Of a DNA stretch of 64,000 nucleotides, positions 25,890-38,380 are shown piece after piece (position 1 is the stretch's first letter; every line of letters begins with the position of its first letter). Made by a program: the position numbers and the translations under genes. A model generated the notes under the pieces. The model was not told where the DNA came from. It did not search any database and saw nothing but the letters and a program-made list of their open reading frames with translations. The stretch is taken from assembly GCF_006345805.1 (NCBI RefSeq), contig NC_043005.1, forward strand, positions 18,848,001 to 18,912,000, in the 5' to 3' direction. The DNA comes from Octopus sinensis. Lineage: Eukaryota.

Positions 25890-28630
25890 TTCGCTCGACG
25901 ATGTCTCAATTTTACAGCTTGGACTAATTTTTTGTCCAAGCACTAAGAATTTCGACAATAATAAACTAGCTCAAGGGCTATTTCAGTTTGTCCGCTGTCA
26001 CAAGCTGAAAGAATATCTTTTGAAAAAAAACTGGTAGCGAGGATTCAGAAAACCCCATGTTTACTAAAAAATAAAAATGATGATGATCGAATCTGTCATA
26101 ATTGGATTGAAAAGAATCCCAATTGGTATCCAGATAAAGTTCAGGATGGTCATTCGCGAGCACTACTGGAATTTCTTGAATCTTGTCAGGCAGGCATTAG
26201 AGAAAGCCTTTATTTTAAATTGGGGTTCTTTTCAATCCAATTATGCCAGATTCGATCATCATCATTTTTATTTTTAGTAAACATAGGGTTTTTTGAATCT
26301 TCGTTATCAGTTTTTTCAAAAAAATATTCTTTCAGCTTGCGACGGCGGACAAACTGAAATAGCCCTTGAGCTAGTTTATCTTGTCGAAATTCTTAGTACT
26401 TGTGCAAAAACTCATTCCAAACTCTAAGACTGAGACATCGTCGGGCGAAAGTTTTAGTTTAGATAAATTGATGACCGACTTATTCTCTAGTGTGATGGTT
26501 TTTCTCGGGTAAGAGGTTTTCAGAATCTTTTCTCATTAGATTCCTGACTACTTTTTGGGCTTTGCTCGAAATCTTCACTTAAAACGCGGAACCTATTGGG
26601 CGATAAAATTTGTTCCAAATGTTCATGTGAGAAGTTATAATTTTTAGTCGTCTTTCTAAGGTCAGAAAGAAGAATACCTGTATTTTATGGTCTTCCTAAA
26701 ATACACAAAAAGTTCGGAAGATTTCCTCCAATGCGCCCAGTTTGCAGCAGATATGCATGTTGCACAGCCAAAATTTCGGAATGGCTGGATGGCTTTCTAC
26801 TCCCCGTCGCAAAACGATCAAGTTCCTATATTCGGCATACCTTTGAATTTGCATCTAAAATCCACAACTTTTTTAAGCACTGAGGCTGTATCGAGAACTG
26901 TTTTTTGGTAACCATGGATATTTCTTCCTTATATCCCAATAGTGAACGCAATGATGTGGTAGAAGCATGCATGGATGCCTTCAAAAAGCGGTCAAACAAA
27001 AGTATTCCATTAAATTTTCTCTGTAGATTATTAAGGTTTGTGTTAGAAAGTAACACGATGAAGTTTAGACAAAGATTTTACTACCACACGAATGGTTGCG
27101 CCATGGGTACCCCTCATGGCAGTTAATTTCGCTAATGTCTTCATGACGAAATTCGAAACACAGTTACTGAAGACATTCAAATCCCTTCATGGTCATGAAC
27201 CAATACTCTGGTTACTGTTGGGAAGGATCACACGGTAGTTTGATGAACTTCTTGCATTTCTGTGACTGTTATACTAGAAACTATGGCCTTAAGTCCAAAA
27301 TAAAATTTACGTCAAAAACAAGCGTTGAATGTTTGGACAAAAAAGGGAAGTTTTCTGGAGGCATGATAGTGACAGAGTTATTTTGCAAGCCCACGTTATC
27401 CCACATTTATCTCCACCGCCATTCCGCTCATCTGCATCATCTTATTCGTTCAAATCCGAAATCCCAATTTTTTAGCATAAAACGGATTTGTACTGACATA
27501 GGGGATTACTGGAAACATGCAAATGCTTTTGTATATCATAATATCAAACGCGGTCACATTGAATCACGATTAAAGGAAATAGCATTTCAAATAGTTAAGA
27601 TTAGCAAAGATAGTCAAACCTACACGCACAATTTTAGCAAACACAATACAATAAATGACAGAATTCCTTTGGTGATTAGCTGGCACCGACATTTCGCTGG
27701 CATTTCAAAAGTGTTGCATTAAAGTTACCAGCATGTGGCGTAAAAATATCCTCGCTTCAAACAGATATTTCCTCAGCCGCCTATTGTAGCCTTTAGATGG
27801 AATATGAATATAAGAGAATTATTGACCTCTATATCTAACTCCAAGAAAACGAACATTGGAGTATTTACACACTGTACCTTAAAGAACAGCTGCAACAACA
27901 TGAGTGAAGTGAATTCCATCAGAAATCATAACAGAAATGTTATGATTTATACAGAAGGTGGAACATGTAAAGATTCCCATTTAGTTTACGCTGCAGAGTG
28001 CACGAAACACAACTTAGTTTATATTGTTTGTACAACAGAACAATTAAACAAAAGGTTTAATGGGCACAGATTCGACGTCAGGCACAATAATAGTAATTTG
28101 ACAGAACTTGCTGAACATTTCGTTTCAAGCGGCAGCAATTTTGAAGAAGACTTGAAAGTGCATATTCTCAGAAAATTCTCTGAATCTACTTCACTTTCAC
28201 TTCTCAGAATGTATGAGGAGAAATATGTTTGCGGGTATTAACATCACGCCCTGGAGGAATGAATAAGATGACATGAGAATATCATCAAATTTATGCAAAA
28301 CTGCTTGATTAAATATTCTTCTTTCTCTCTTTTTCTTTCCTTTTTTCTGTCGTCTTCTTTTTTCTCTTTTTCTTCTCTCTTTTTCATTTCGCCTGTTATA
28401 ATATTGTAACTTAAAAACTGATGATGTCCTTCCATCAACGGTGGATGCTGGTTGCTCTCGTTCATACTTTACATTTAAATTTCTATAATTTTGAATTTTT
28501 ATCACTTTTTACTTTGAACTTGACAAAGACAGACGTACTCTTGAAATATCGTTCAACTAATAAAGTATCATATAATTGAATCACGCTCTTCGTCTTGACT
28601 GTTTACCATTGTGAAGAGTCACGTCAATCC
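25890..28630 (+). mobile_element. Penelope-like element (RT + GIY-YIG), degenerate, with an inverted N-terminal segment
   Basis: LQLGLIFCPSTK...FVRCHKLKEY, a minus-strand VINLSKLKLSPDD, RIPVFYGLPKIHK, VTMDISSLYPN, FYYHTNGCAMGTP, FCKPTLSHIYLHRHSAH, CKDSHLVYAAECTKHNLVYIVCTTEQLNKRFNGHR and a terminal SRPGGMN. Confidence 0.9.
28516..28554 (+). ncRNA. Degenerate minimal hammerhead in the 3' pLTR region of the Penelope-like element
   Basis: GAAC-TTGACAA-A-GACAG acgta CTCTT-GAAATAT-C-GTTC. Stem I is perfect and there is an ATAT palindrome; the core and stem II carry substitutions. Confidence 0.5.
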
Positions 28631-28739
28631 TTTTTAAAATATTATTATTTTTGGTGGTGGCGTTGATGTTGCTGTTGTTATATGGGTTACGATATTATGG
28701 AAATGAAAAAAGAATGCATATAAAATAATATTAATAATG

Positions 28740-29250
28740 TAAATGAATGCAAAAAATTCGAGGGAGAAAAAACAATTAAGGAACAATCATACAAAGAAAT
28801 ACACGGTGGATACTTTAAACACCCGAATGTGGAAGCAGAATCAAAAAGAGACTCGCTGAAATTTATAAAACAAAGCAAATACTCGATGAGTATGTTATAC
28901 ATTATTTACAAAACAAAAACAACTACTATAGAAGAAAAACGGCATCCATAAATTGTAAAAAATAAAGGAAATGTCGAACATGTGGCAATACAATGTGGAA
29001 AAACAGCAGACACGAAATATAAAGAGAGACACGATGAGATAATCAAGATAATATTTGTGAACCTAGTACAGCAATATAACATATGAAAAAAAGCAAAATC
29101 AGGGACGTGCAAATAGAAAAAGTAACAATTGAAAAGGTTAAGATTTTAAGTAGATAGCTCTGTAATAACACCAAACCATACAGAAAATAATAAACCCGAT
29201 ATTATAATAAGAAAAGAAGTAATACATAATAAAGGAAATTGGAATAGCAT
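28740..29250 (+). mobile_element. Old RLE-LINE C-terminal fragment
   Basis: VEHVAIQCGKTADTKYKERHDEIIKII and NNKPDIII motifs. Confidence 0.6.
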
Positions 29251-29318
29251 CTGTGCATGGGTAGAATTTACCATGGTGGAAAATACCGTGGTGGTGGAAT
29301 TACCTAGAACCATATATA

Positions 29319-29360
<42 letters not shown>

Positions 29361-29582
29361 GAGCGTTATACTAATACATCTGTTTTTGTTTGTACACCAC
29401 CTGTCTCCGTCTTTTATTTTTTCATAAACTCTCCCTATATATATAATATATATATCTATATATAAACAGACATGTATATATATATATATACCATATATAT
29501 AAACAGACATGTATATATATATATATATATATAATATTATATATATATATTACAGAGAGTCAGACAGACAGAGATCGGTCGG

Positions 29583-29642
<60 letters not shown>

Positions 29643-30040
29643 GGATTCATAAGAATCTAGCACGTTAACACGTAGGATAATAGAAATGGGTAGGCTCAAT
29701 AACTTAGGGTTGAGTCATGTAATACAACTATGAAGGTACCATGTGTTAGTAAGATACTGTAGATATGTAAATACCAAATCCAAACTAAATTGTAGATCCA
29801 ACTCAAGGATATTTCTAAGTGAGACGTACATATAAAAAGAAACACAATTCTTTTGGCAGAATTTTTTTTATGTATTTATGTATTATGTTATAGCAGACAA
29901 ACCACCATCTTCAGGTAAAATTGTAAACAGGTATAAACAGCTGTACATAGGTATGAAACGTGAGGATGAAGAAACCAACGAACAATTTTGCATACGTCGT
30001 ATTTTAGAAAACAACATTCGAATATATAGAGATATTTATA

Positions 30041-30267
30041 TATTCCTTTATTGCCCACTGGGGGCTAAACATTGAGGGGACAAACAAGAATAAGCAAAGG
30101 GATGAAGTCGATTACATCGACCCCAGTGCATAAATGGTACTTACTTAATCGACCCCGAAAGGATGAAAGGTAAAGTCGACCTCGGCAGAATTTGACTCAG
30201 AACGTAACGGCAGACGAAATACCGCTAAGCATTTTGCCCGGCGTGCTAACGATTCTGCCAGCTCGCC
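30041..30267 (-). mobile_element. SINE family A with Tx1-like tail
   Basis: tattcctttattgcccactgggggctaaac...ctgccagctcgcc. Confidence 0.9.
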
Positions 30268-30802
30268 GCCCTAATCTATAGAGATATTAAGATATTTTCT
30301 CATTCAGATGATGGCGGTTGGAAAGCTTTCATGTTTACTTTCGATATTCGAATTGTTATCTTCTACCTACAGAGGCAGAAACCTGTGTTTAAGACTGCCT
30401 TCTTTCATATTATACAAAATGCTTCCCTTCGTTCTTTTCCTCGGTAGCGTTTGAATTTGGGAGAAATTCTTGATTTTAGAGAGTATCACCCGTTTTCATA
30501 TAGAGGTGGACTTAAATGCCATTGGGAAATTATGACACTTCATCTAAAAGTAGAGATAATTTTTATAAATCAAGAATCAGCATTGTATAGTATTTAATAT
30601 ACCTGTATTTCCCTTTTTTCTTTTTCCCTCAGCTACATTCATAATATTAGTAGAGGGACACAAAATAAATTTGAAGACCTATGCAACATAGTAGAGGTAT
30701 AGAATTCTGGCGCTCTATAGCAAAACGTATTTTAAGTGCGATTGATTGAAGAAAACATATTTCTGCAGGTGTGTGTGTATGCTTATGTGTTTGTTACATA
30801 TT

Positions 30803-31008
30803 GGTTTCATATTTTGGGACAAGCCTGCAATTTCGGTGCAGGATTGAATCGGTTACGTCGACTTCAGAGCTCAACTAGTACTTATTTGATCAACCCCAAA
30901 AAGACGAAAGGGAAAGTCGACCTAGGCGGAATTTGAACACAGAAGTAAAAGCGGGAGAAAAACCGATAAGCATTTCGCCCGGCGTGCTAACGACTCGGCC
31001 AGCACGCC
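30803..31008 (-). mobile_element. SINE family A
   Basis: Family motifs in reverse orientation. Confidence 0.82.
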
Positions 31009-31032
31009 ACCTTAAAGATATATATATATGCG

Positions 31033-31092
<60 letters not shown>

Positions 31093-31270
31093 GTGTGTGT
31101 GTGTGTGTGTTGTGTGTGTGTGTGTGTGTGTGTGTGTGCTTGTGTGTGTATGTGTGTATGTATGTGTATATATATATAGATATATTTTAAGATATATTAC
31201 TATTATTATTACTATTATTATTGTTGTTTATATAAGATATATATAGATATATATATATATATATATATAT

Positions 31271-31361
<91 letters not shown>

Positions 31362-31389
31362 TAGATATATAGATATATAGATATATGAT

Positions 31390-31575
31390 GATCGCTGGCC
31401 GCTAAACCGTTTTTTATTTTCTTTCTCTGTTTACTTCTGCGTTCCTTTCTATCGAAGAGCATCGGTTCGAAACGTAGAAGACTTTTTTCATTTCCCGAGC
31501 GTTAAATTGATATACCTGTTTGTTGTTTACACATCCGACTCCGTCTTTTGTTTTGCTTGTTCGTAAATTTTTAAC
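31390..31575 (+). mobile_element. PLE-derived short element with a decayed minimal hammerhead (31445-31480)
   Basis: cttt-CTATCGA-A-GAGC atcg GTTC-GAAACGT-A-gaag; ends at (TA)n like 22980-23205. Confidence 0.5.
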
Positions 31576-31576
31576 G

Positions 31577-31627
<51 letters not shown>

Positions 31628-31791
31628 TGTATGTGTGGTGTGTGTGTGTCTGTGTGTGTGCGTATGAGTGTGCATGTGTGTGCTTAAATGTTGATGTACG
31701 CGTTGATTCTTCTAATTAAGAAAACGTTATATTAGAAGGCAAGTGCAGCAAGGAATTAAGAAATCAATCGATAAATACATACATTGATAAG

Positions 31792-31819
<28 letters not shown>

Positions 31820-31827
<8 letters not shown>

Positions 31828-31890
31828 CTATTATTATTTTACTATTATTATATTATATTATTATTATTATTATCATTATTAGCATTATTA

Positions 31891-31923
<33 letters not shown>

Positions 31924-32087
31924 CATTATTATTATTATTATTATTATTACTATTATTATTATTATTATTATTATTTATTATTATTATTATCATTATTATA
32001 TTATTATTATTATTATTATTATTATTATGATTATTATTACTATTATTATTATTACTATTATTATTATTATTATTATTATCATCATCA

Positions 32088-32128
<41 letters not shown>

Positions 32129-32165
32129 TATTATTATTATTATTATTGTTATTATTATTATTTCT
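31820..32165. repeat. Long (ATT)n microsatellite
   Basis: Seen directly. Confidence 0.97.
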
Positions 32166-32539
32166 AGCAACAGCAACAAAATTCGTCGAATAGACAGTAC
32201 TGTTCACTACATAAACAAATACTTAACATAAGTAAACTACAAAACATAAAAATCTAATTTTTTATAACATAATACTTTCTAATCTCCGCCATTAATATTT
32301 TACTTGTAAGGGATTTTCTCATGTTTAGATTTAATCTTATTTCAATTGAACGTTGATTACGTCTTACGTTTGCGATGTATTATTCATATTCTGACATTGC
32401 ATGTACATTGGTCTTTTCTATTTTTTCTTTTCTTCCATACGTTGTCTGTGTTTTTTCTCGGGGAGTTTTATCAACATTTGATCGAAGACTTGGGGTGAAG
32501 GTTTCTACGCAGGAAATAACTAATGTGAAAATGAGCATA

Positions 32540-32960
32540 GGCGCAGGAGTGGTTGTGTGGTAAGTAGCTTGCTAACCAACCACATGGTTCCGAGTTCAGT
32601 CCCACTGCGTGGCATCTTGGGCAAGTATCTTCTGCTATAGCCCCGGGCCGATCAATGCCTTGTGAGTGGATTTGGTAGACGGAAACTGAAAGAAGCCTGT
32701 CGTATATATGTATATAATATATATATATGTATGTGTGTGTATATGTTTGTGTGTCTGTGTTTGTCCCCCTAGCATTGCTTGACAACCGATGCTGGTGTTT
32801 TTACGTCCCCGTCACTTAGCGGTTCGGCAAAAGAGACCGATAGAATAAGTACTGGGCTTACAAAGAATAAGTTCGGGAGTCGATTTGCTCGACTAAAGGC
32901 GGTGCTCCAGCATGGCCGCAGTCAAAATGACTGAAACAAGTAAAAGAGTAAAAGAGAGAG
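32540..32960 (+). mobile_element. SINE family B, full length
   Basis: Head, internal microsatellite and (gtaaaaga) tail; nearly identical to 52423-52838. Confidence 0.93.
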
Positions 32961-33816
32961 ATACGTTATTTGCCAAGCATGGTGTAGAGCAGTATTTTCG
33001 AACCCAAACCAAAATTCTTAGATGACGTGACATTTCAAATAATGATCTTATTTTATCGACCGTTTAGAATGTGAAATTTTTGTTCAGCCAATCAATCGCT
33101 GACGGGGGAAAAAGCCCATATCGTGAGACCACTACATATGAATGTTTTGAAAAACTGTAATACAAAGTACTTCACCGCTTCCAGTGTTATTTGCTGAAGC
33201 GGGAAGTGCCGACTAACCAATTACATCTACATCAGTAGTTCACGGAGGGTTATTTTTATGGTGCATTCTTCCACAAAAAATATAATATCAAAGTCGACTT
33301 GCACAGGTATACTGTGCGGTTCAGTAGCCCGATTTGCAACCCTTTGATTTGGGGTTTCAGCCCCACTGCAAGGCACCCTGAGCAAATGTCTTCTCCTTAA
33401 TGCCCGACCTACTAATGCCAGGTTAGTGTATTCATTTGACAGAACTACAATCACTGTAACAAGTAAAAGATAAAGAGGGTACTTTATGTTTCCAGTGCCT
33501 AGTGGTGTTACATATGTATATATATATATGGCTAAAAATAATTTGGTACACTCTCCTCGCCTCACACATTAGTGGATTGCAGTAATTATGACTCTATCAC
33601 AGAATGGAAAATTTATACAAAATGGTCCCTTAATTCGTAAATATGATTTAGTTAGAAGCCCGATATATACAGGGGGTGTCTTATATGAACGGAAAGGGCG
33701 GTATGAAAAGTGTTGAAAGTTGTGATTTAGATACACACACGTGCACTTGTACACGAACACACACATACACACTAGTACATGTAAACACATGTGTCATATT
33801 AGGTATACGGATATCT

Positions 33817-34202
33817 AGTGGAGGCGCAATGGCCCGGTGGTTAGGGCAGCGGACTCGCGGTCATAAGATCGCGGTTTCGATTCCCAGACCGGGCGTTGTG
33901 AGTGTTTATTGAGCGAAAACACCTAAAGCTCCATGAGGCTCCGGCAGGGGATGGTGGTGATCCCTGCTGTACTCTCACCACAACTTTCTCTCACTCTTAC
34001 TCCCTGTTTCTGTTGTACCTGTATTTCAAGGGGCCGGCCTTGTCACTCTCTGTGTCACGCTGAATATCCCCGAGAACTACGTTAAGGGTACACGTGTCTG
34101 TGGTGTGCTCAGCCACTTACACGTTAATTTCACGAGCAGGCTGTTCCGTTGATTCGGATCAACCAGAACCCTCGTCGTCGTAACCGACGGAGTGCTTCCA
34201 CC
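33817..34202 (+). mobile_element. SINE family C, 12-bp TSD
   Basis: TSD atacggatatct at 33805-33816 and 34203-34214. Confidence 0.95.
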
Positions 34203-34473
34203 ATACGGATATCTCCTGTTGTTCCAAATACACTTATATAATATGTGTACACTGCCAGTCAGTGCTATGCTAGTCTTTACGTGTTGAATATGCAGTGCTT
34301 AGTAGTGATACTTTGTGAGTGTTGAGTGTAAACGTAACATCTATGGTGCGTAATATCTATGGGTCGTAACATCAATATAATACGTAAAATCTATATAATT
34401 TGAGTGTAAATCCTAATTTCGTTATCTCCTGCATATTGAATGTATGCGCACGTACTGCAATGATGCATACAAT

Positions 34474-34830
34474 GGATGGAAGCACTCCGTCGGTTACGAC
34501 GATGAGGGTTCCGGTTGATCCGAATCAACGGAACAGCGTGCTCGTGAAATTAACGTGTAAGTGGCTGAGCACTCCACAGACACGTGTACCCTTAACGTAG
34601 TTCTCGGGGGTATTCAGCGTGACACAGGTACAACAGAAACAGGAAGTAAGAGTGAGAGAAAGTTGTGGTGAAAGAGTACAGCAGGGATCACCACCATCCC
34701 CTGCCGGAGCCTCGTGGAGCTTTAGGTGTTTTCGCGCAATAAACACTCACAACGCCCGGTCTGGGAATCGAAACCGCGATCCTATGACCGCGAGTCCGCT
34801 GCCCTAACCACTGGGCCATTGCGCCTCCAC
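34474..34830 (-). mobile_element. SINE family C with an internal deletion, 12-bp TSD
   Basis: TSD gatgcatacaat at 34462-34473 and 34831-34842; lacks the tatttcaaagggccggccttgtcactctc segment. Confidence 0.93.
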
Positions 34831-35211
34831 GATGCATACAATATGTTTGTGATGAATAATAGTATGCTGAGCAAATACGTAAGTTCTGTAGTTTTGCCTC
34901 TGTTAAACCTGGATAAGACCAGCCGGCTACATACAAATGTGGGTGATTGTATTCTTTCATATTCTAATATTCTCTTCTTAGCACACGGCTTCATTTCCTA
35001 CGCTGCTTTAATAGATGTTTCTGATATATATATAGATATATAATGATAGTTTTAGTGCGTCTTACCCTAGTTTCTGTTATATATCTATAACATCTTACCC
35101 TATAACGTCTTACCCTAGTTTCTGTTATATATCTATAACATCTTGTGTGCGAGTGTATATGAGTGTGCGTATGCGAGTGATAGTGCTAGATAGACAGATA
35201 GATAGATAGAC

Positions 35212-35259
<48 letters not shown>

Positions 35260-35305
35260 TGACTGACTGATTGATTGATAGATAGATAGATAGATAGATA
35301 GATAC

Positions 35306-35340
<35 letters not shown>

Positions 35341-35559
35341 CATACATACATACATACATACATACATACATACATACATACATACATACATACATACATA
35401 CATACATACATAGATATAGGAGAGAGAGACAGATGGACTTACATAATACACATATGTATAAATATATGTGTCCATGGGGCAGGGTTAGGATTTTTGTGTA
35501 AATAAATACCGAAAAGCCTTTACCCACCTCTTTACCGATTCTGTTAGTCTATCGCACCA

Positions 35560-35850
35560 GAGTAGACATGTTATTAGTTTTAATTGCCCAAGAACCCGTA
35601 ATTATTTTTAATTTCGAAATACGCCTACCTGCCTGCGTTCCAGATATATGTAATTATTCCATGTCGGGGCATAGATGGTATCTTCTAATGCACTCAATAG
35701 TAGCTTGGTTTTCCTGTCGAATCTTATCAATTCAATTTTTGTCAATTTGAGACTCAAAATTGTACATATAGAAATAACCATCTATTTTTCCATTGTTTCC
35801 ACATCAAGTTTAGCTTTAATCATATATGTGTGTAATATTGATTTCAAATT
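35560..35850 (-). mobile_element. Old R4/Dong-like post-RT fragment
   Basis: The minus strand reads ELIRFDRKTKLLL...YIYLERRQVG, resembling the DRK-RKLL...LYL-R--GGRGL motif. Confidence 0.5.
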
Positions 35851-35859
35851 TTCGTATAA

Positions 35860-36700
35860 GGCCGGCAACTTCAAGGAAGGGGGTAAGTAGATTACATCGA
35901 CCCCAGTACTCAACTGGTATTTATTTTATCAATCACGAAAGGAGGAAAGGCAAAGTCAACCCCGGTGGTATGTGAACCCAGAACTTAAAGTCGAAGAAAA
36001 TGCTGCGCAGCATTCAGCCCAACGTGCTAACGATTCTGCCAGCTCACCGCCTTGTTTATGGAGAAATATTGCACAGCAATGATATATGTGTGTGTAATAG
36101 TCCCTTCTACTAAAGCCAGAAGGCCTCAGATTTCAGGGAGGGTTTAAGTCGATTACGTCGACCGCAGTACTCAACTGATACTTATTTTAATTACGCCGAA
36201 AGGATTAAAGGCAAAGTCGACCTCGGCGGAATTCGAACTCTGAACTTGAAGACGGACCAAAAAGCCGCAGACCATTTAACCGGCCTGCTAACGATTTTGC
36301 CAGAATACCGTTTGCAATATGTGTGTAATATTATTTCTCAAGCAAGTTAATGAGCTGGCAGAATCGTTAGCACGCCGGACGAAATTCTTAGCGGTATTTC
36401 GTCTGCCGCTTCGTTCTGAGTTCAAATTCTGCCGAGGTCGACTTTACCTTTCATCCTTTCGGGGTCGATAAATTAAGTACCAGTTACGCACTGGGGGCGA
36501 TGTAATCGACTTAATACCTATGTCTGTCCTTGTTTGTCCCCTCTGTGTTTAGCCCCTTGTGGGTAATAAAGAAATAGAAATAGGTATTTCGTCCGTATTT
36601 ATATTCTAAGTTCAAATTCCGCTGACGCCTATTTTACATTTCATATTTTTGGGATCGATAAAGTAATTACGAATTGAACACTGGCGTTGGCTTTGTGCCA
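35860..36700. mobile_element. Cluster of SINE family A copies: two on minus (35860-36052, 36095-36305), one on plus (36348-36575), followed by a truncated tandem unit
   Basis: Family motifs; in the plus copy the tail aaagaaatag runs directly into gtatttcgtc of a further unit. Confidence 0.88.
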
Positions 36701-37318
36701 ACATTTGAAACTAATATTGCTGCTCAGACATTTCTACTATCAGTGTGTTTTATACTTAGTTACTTTGTTCCTCTCAATCAGTTAACTAATTCTTCCATTT
36801 TTGTTTCTATATTTATACCATCACATTACTCGAGATTACTATATTAGATTATTAATTTTCCTTCTATTCTAGTTAACCTCGGTGCACTTTTCCAAACTAG
36901 ACGTAAAGCTAATTTCCAGGCTGAATTTGCCTATAATATATAACAGAGACCAGGTGTTCGTCATCTGTCAGATACAACTGTTGGACATACACATAGAGAA
37001 GTGGACGATTATCATTCTTTTCAGTTAAATGCTTATTTTATCGTTCTATATTTCTCCAATCGATTGGGTATGACTATTGGATACCGATAGTTACACTGGT
37101 TTTAAACATGTCGAAGACACACATACACACAAATGTTTATGTGTATGTGTGAGTGGGTGTGTGTATATATATATATATATATAATTATTCATGTATATGC
37201 ATATATATATATACATATATATATGTATATATATATCAAAATATATGTATATACGCATGTATGTATATATGTACGTGTATATATATATATATATGTGTGT
37301 GTGTGTGGTGTGTGTGTG

Positions 37319-37354
<36 letters not shown>

Positions 37355-37376
37355 GTGTTTATATTTTAATCTTGGC

Positions 37377-37434
37377 TTTCCTGCTGACGAGAGCTTCACC
37401 AAGGTAAGATTGCTTGAAACCATGGTACAGGAAA
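37377..37434 (+). ncRNA. Type I hammerhead ribozyme, canonical core, palindromic short stem III
   Basis: TTTCCTG-CTGACGA-GAGC(17-nt loop)GCTT-GAAAC-CATG-GTA-CAGGAAA. Stem I is 7 bp, the CUGANGA and GAAA cores are intact, and the GUA triplet puts predicted cleavage after 37427. Confidence 0.82.
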
Positions 37435-38222
37435 TAGAGGGTAAATGTTTTTATTTTCTATTCCCTTTCGGAATTATCCCTAATAGTACTGTGGAGTTTA
37501 ACTACTCTTCTAGAGGGTCAGATGTTCTGTATGGCCACCTCTTATGTGTTTAAATGTACACTGTATTTGTGTGTGTGTGCGTGTGTGTGTGTGTGTATAG
37601 ATGCATATGTAGATACACACACATATACATACATATATACACAACCTGAAAGAGTGAAAGAGAGAAAGAGAGTGAGAGAGGAGTAAAGTGAGAGTAACGA
37701 CCATAAAGCAAGCAAGAAATTAGATGTTTGTAATAGTTGAAGTTGAATTAATTCAATGGTTACATATAAACTGACCACAGCGCATTAATATAGACTGCAG
37801 AATCTACAAAGATTCCTTGATACGATTTTGCATTCTTCTATTACTCCCAGTTGGTAGAGTTGTGTTTTATACACTTTTGTTTCTTTATCTCACGTTTTAT
37901 TTACATCTTCCACACTTTCCTTTAGCAAAAGCTGCAACAACAACAGTAGCAATAACAAGACTGCAACACCGAGGATGAACTAAAAACTTTAGGAACAATG
38001 CATCTCAAGACAATGATATTACTTGCAATCTGAACTGCAACATGGCGAGGACCATATGGAAAAATAATGACTCTGCTGCCACTACACCACAGCAACTGCC
38101 ACAACCGACAATACGATTCCTTTTGCAGTTGCTACAATGTCAACAGAACTGTTAATATCAAAGAAAGAATTGCGAGGGGTTAGTGAAAACAGGATGGCTT
38201 GAAGATGTGTTTCTTTGTCATA

Positions 38223-38380
38223 CCTATTTCTTTATTACCCACAAGGGGCTAAACACAGAGGGGACAAACAGGGACAGACATAGGTATTAAGTCGATTACA
38301 TCGACCCCAGTGCGTAACTGGTACTTAATTTATCGACCCCGGAAGGATGAAAGGCAAAGTCGACCTCGGCGGAATTTGAC
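38223..38380 (-). mobile_element. SINE family A, 5'-truncated, with Tx1-like tail
   Basis: tacctatttctttattacccacaaggggctaaacacagagggg...gtcgacctcggcggaatttga. Confidence 0.9.
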
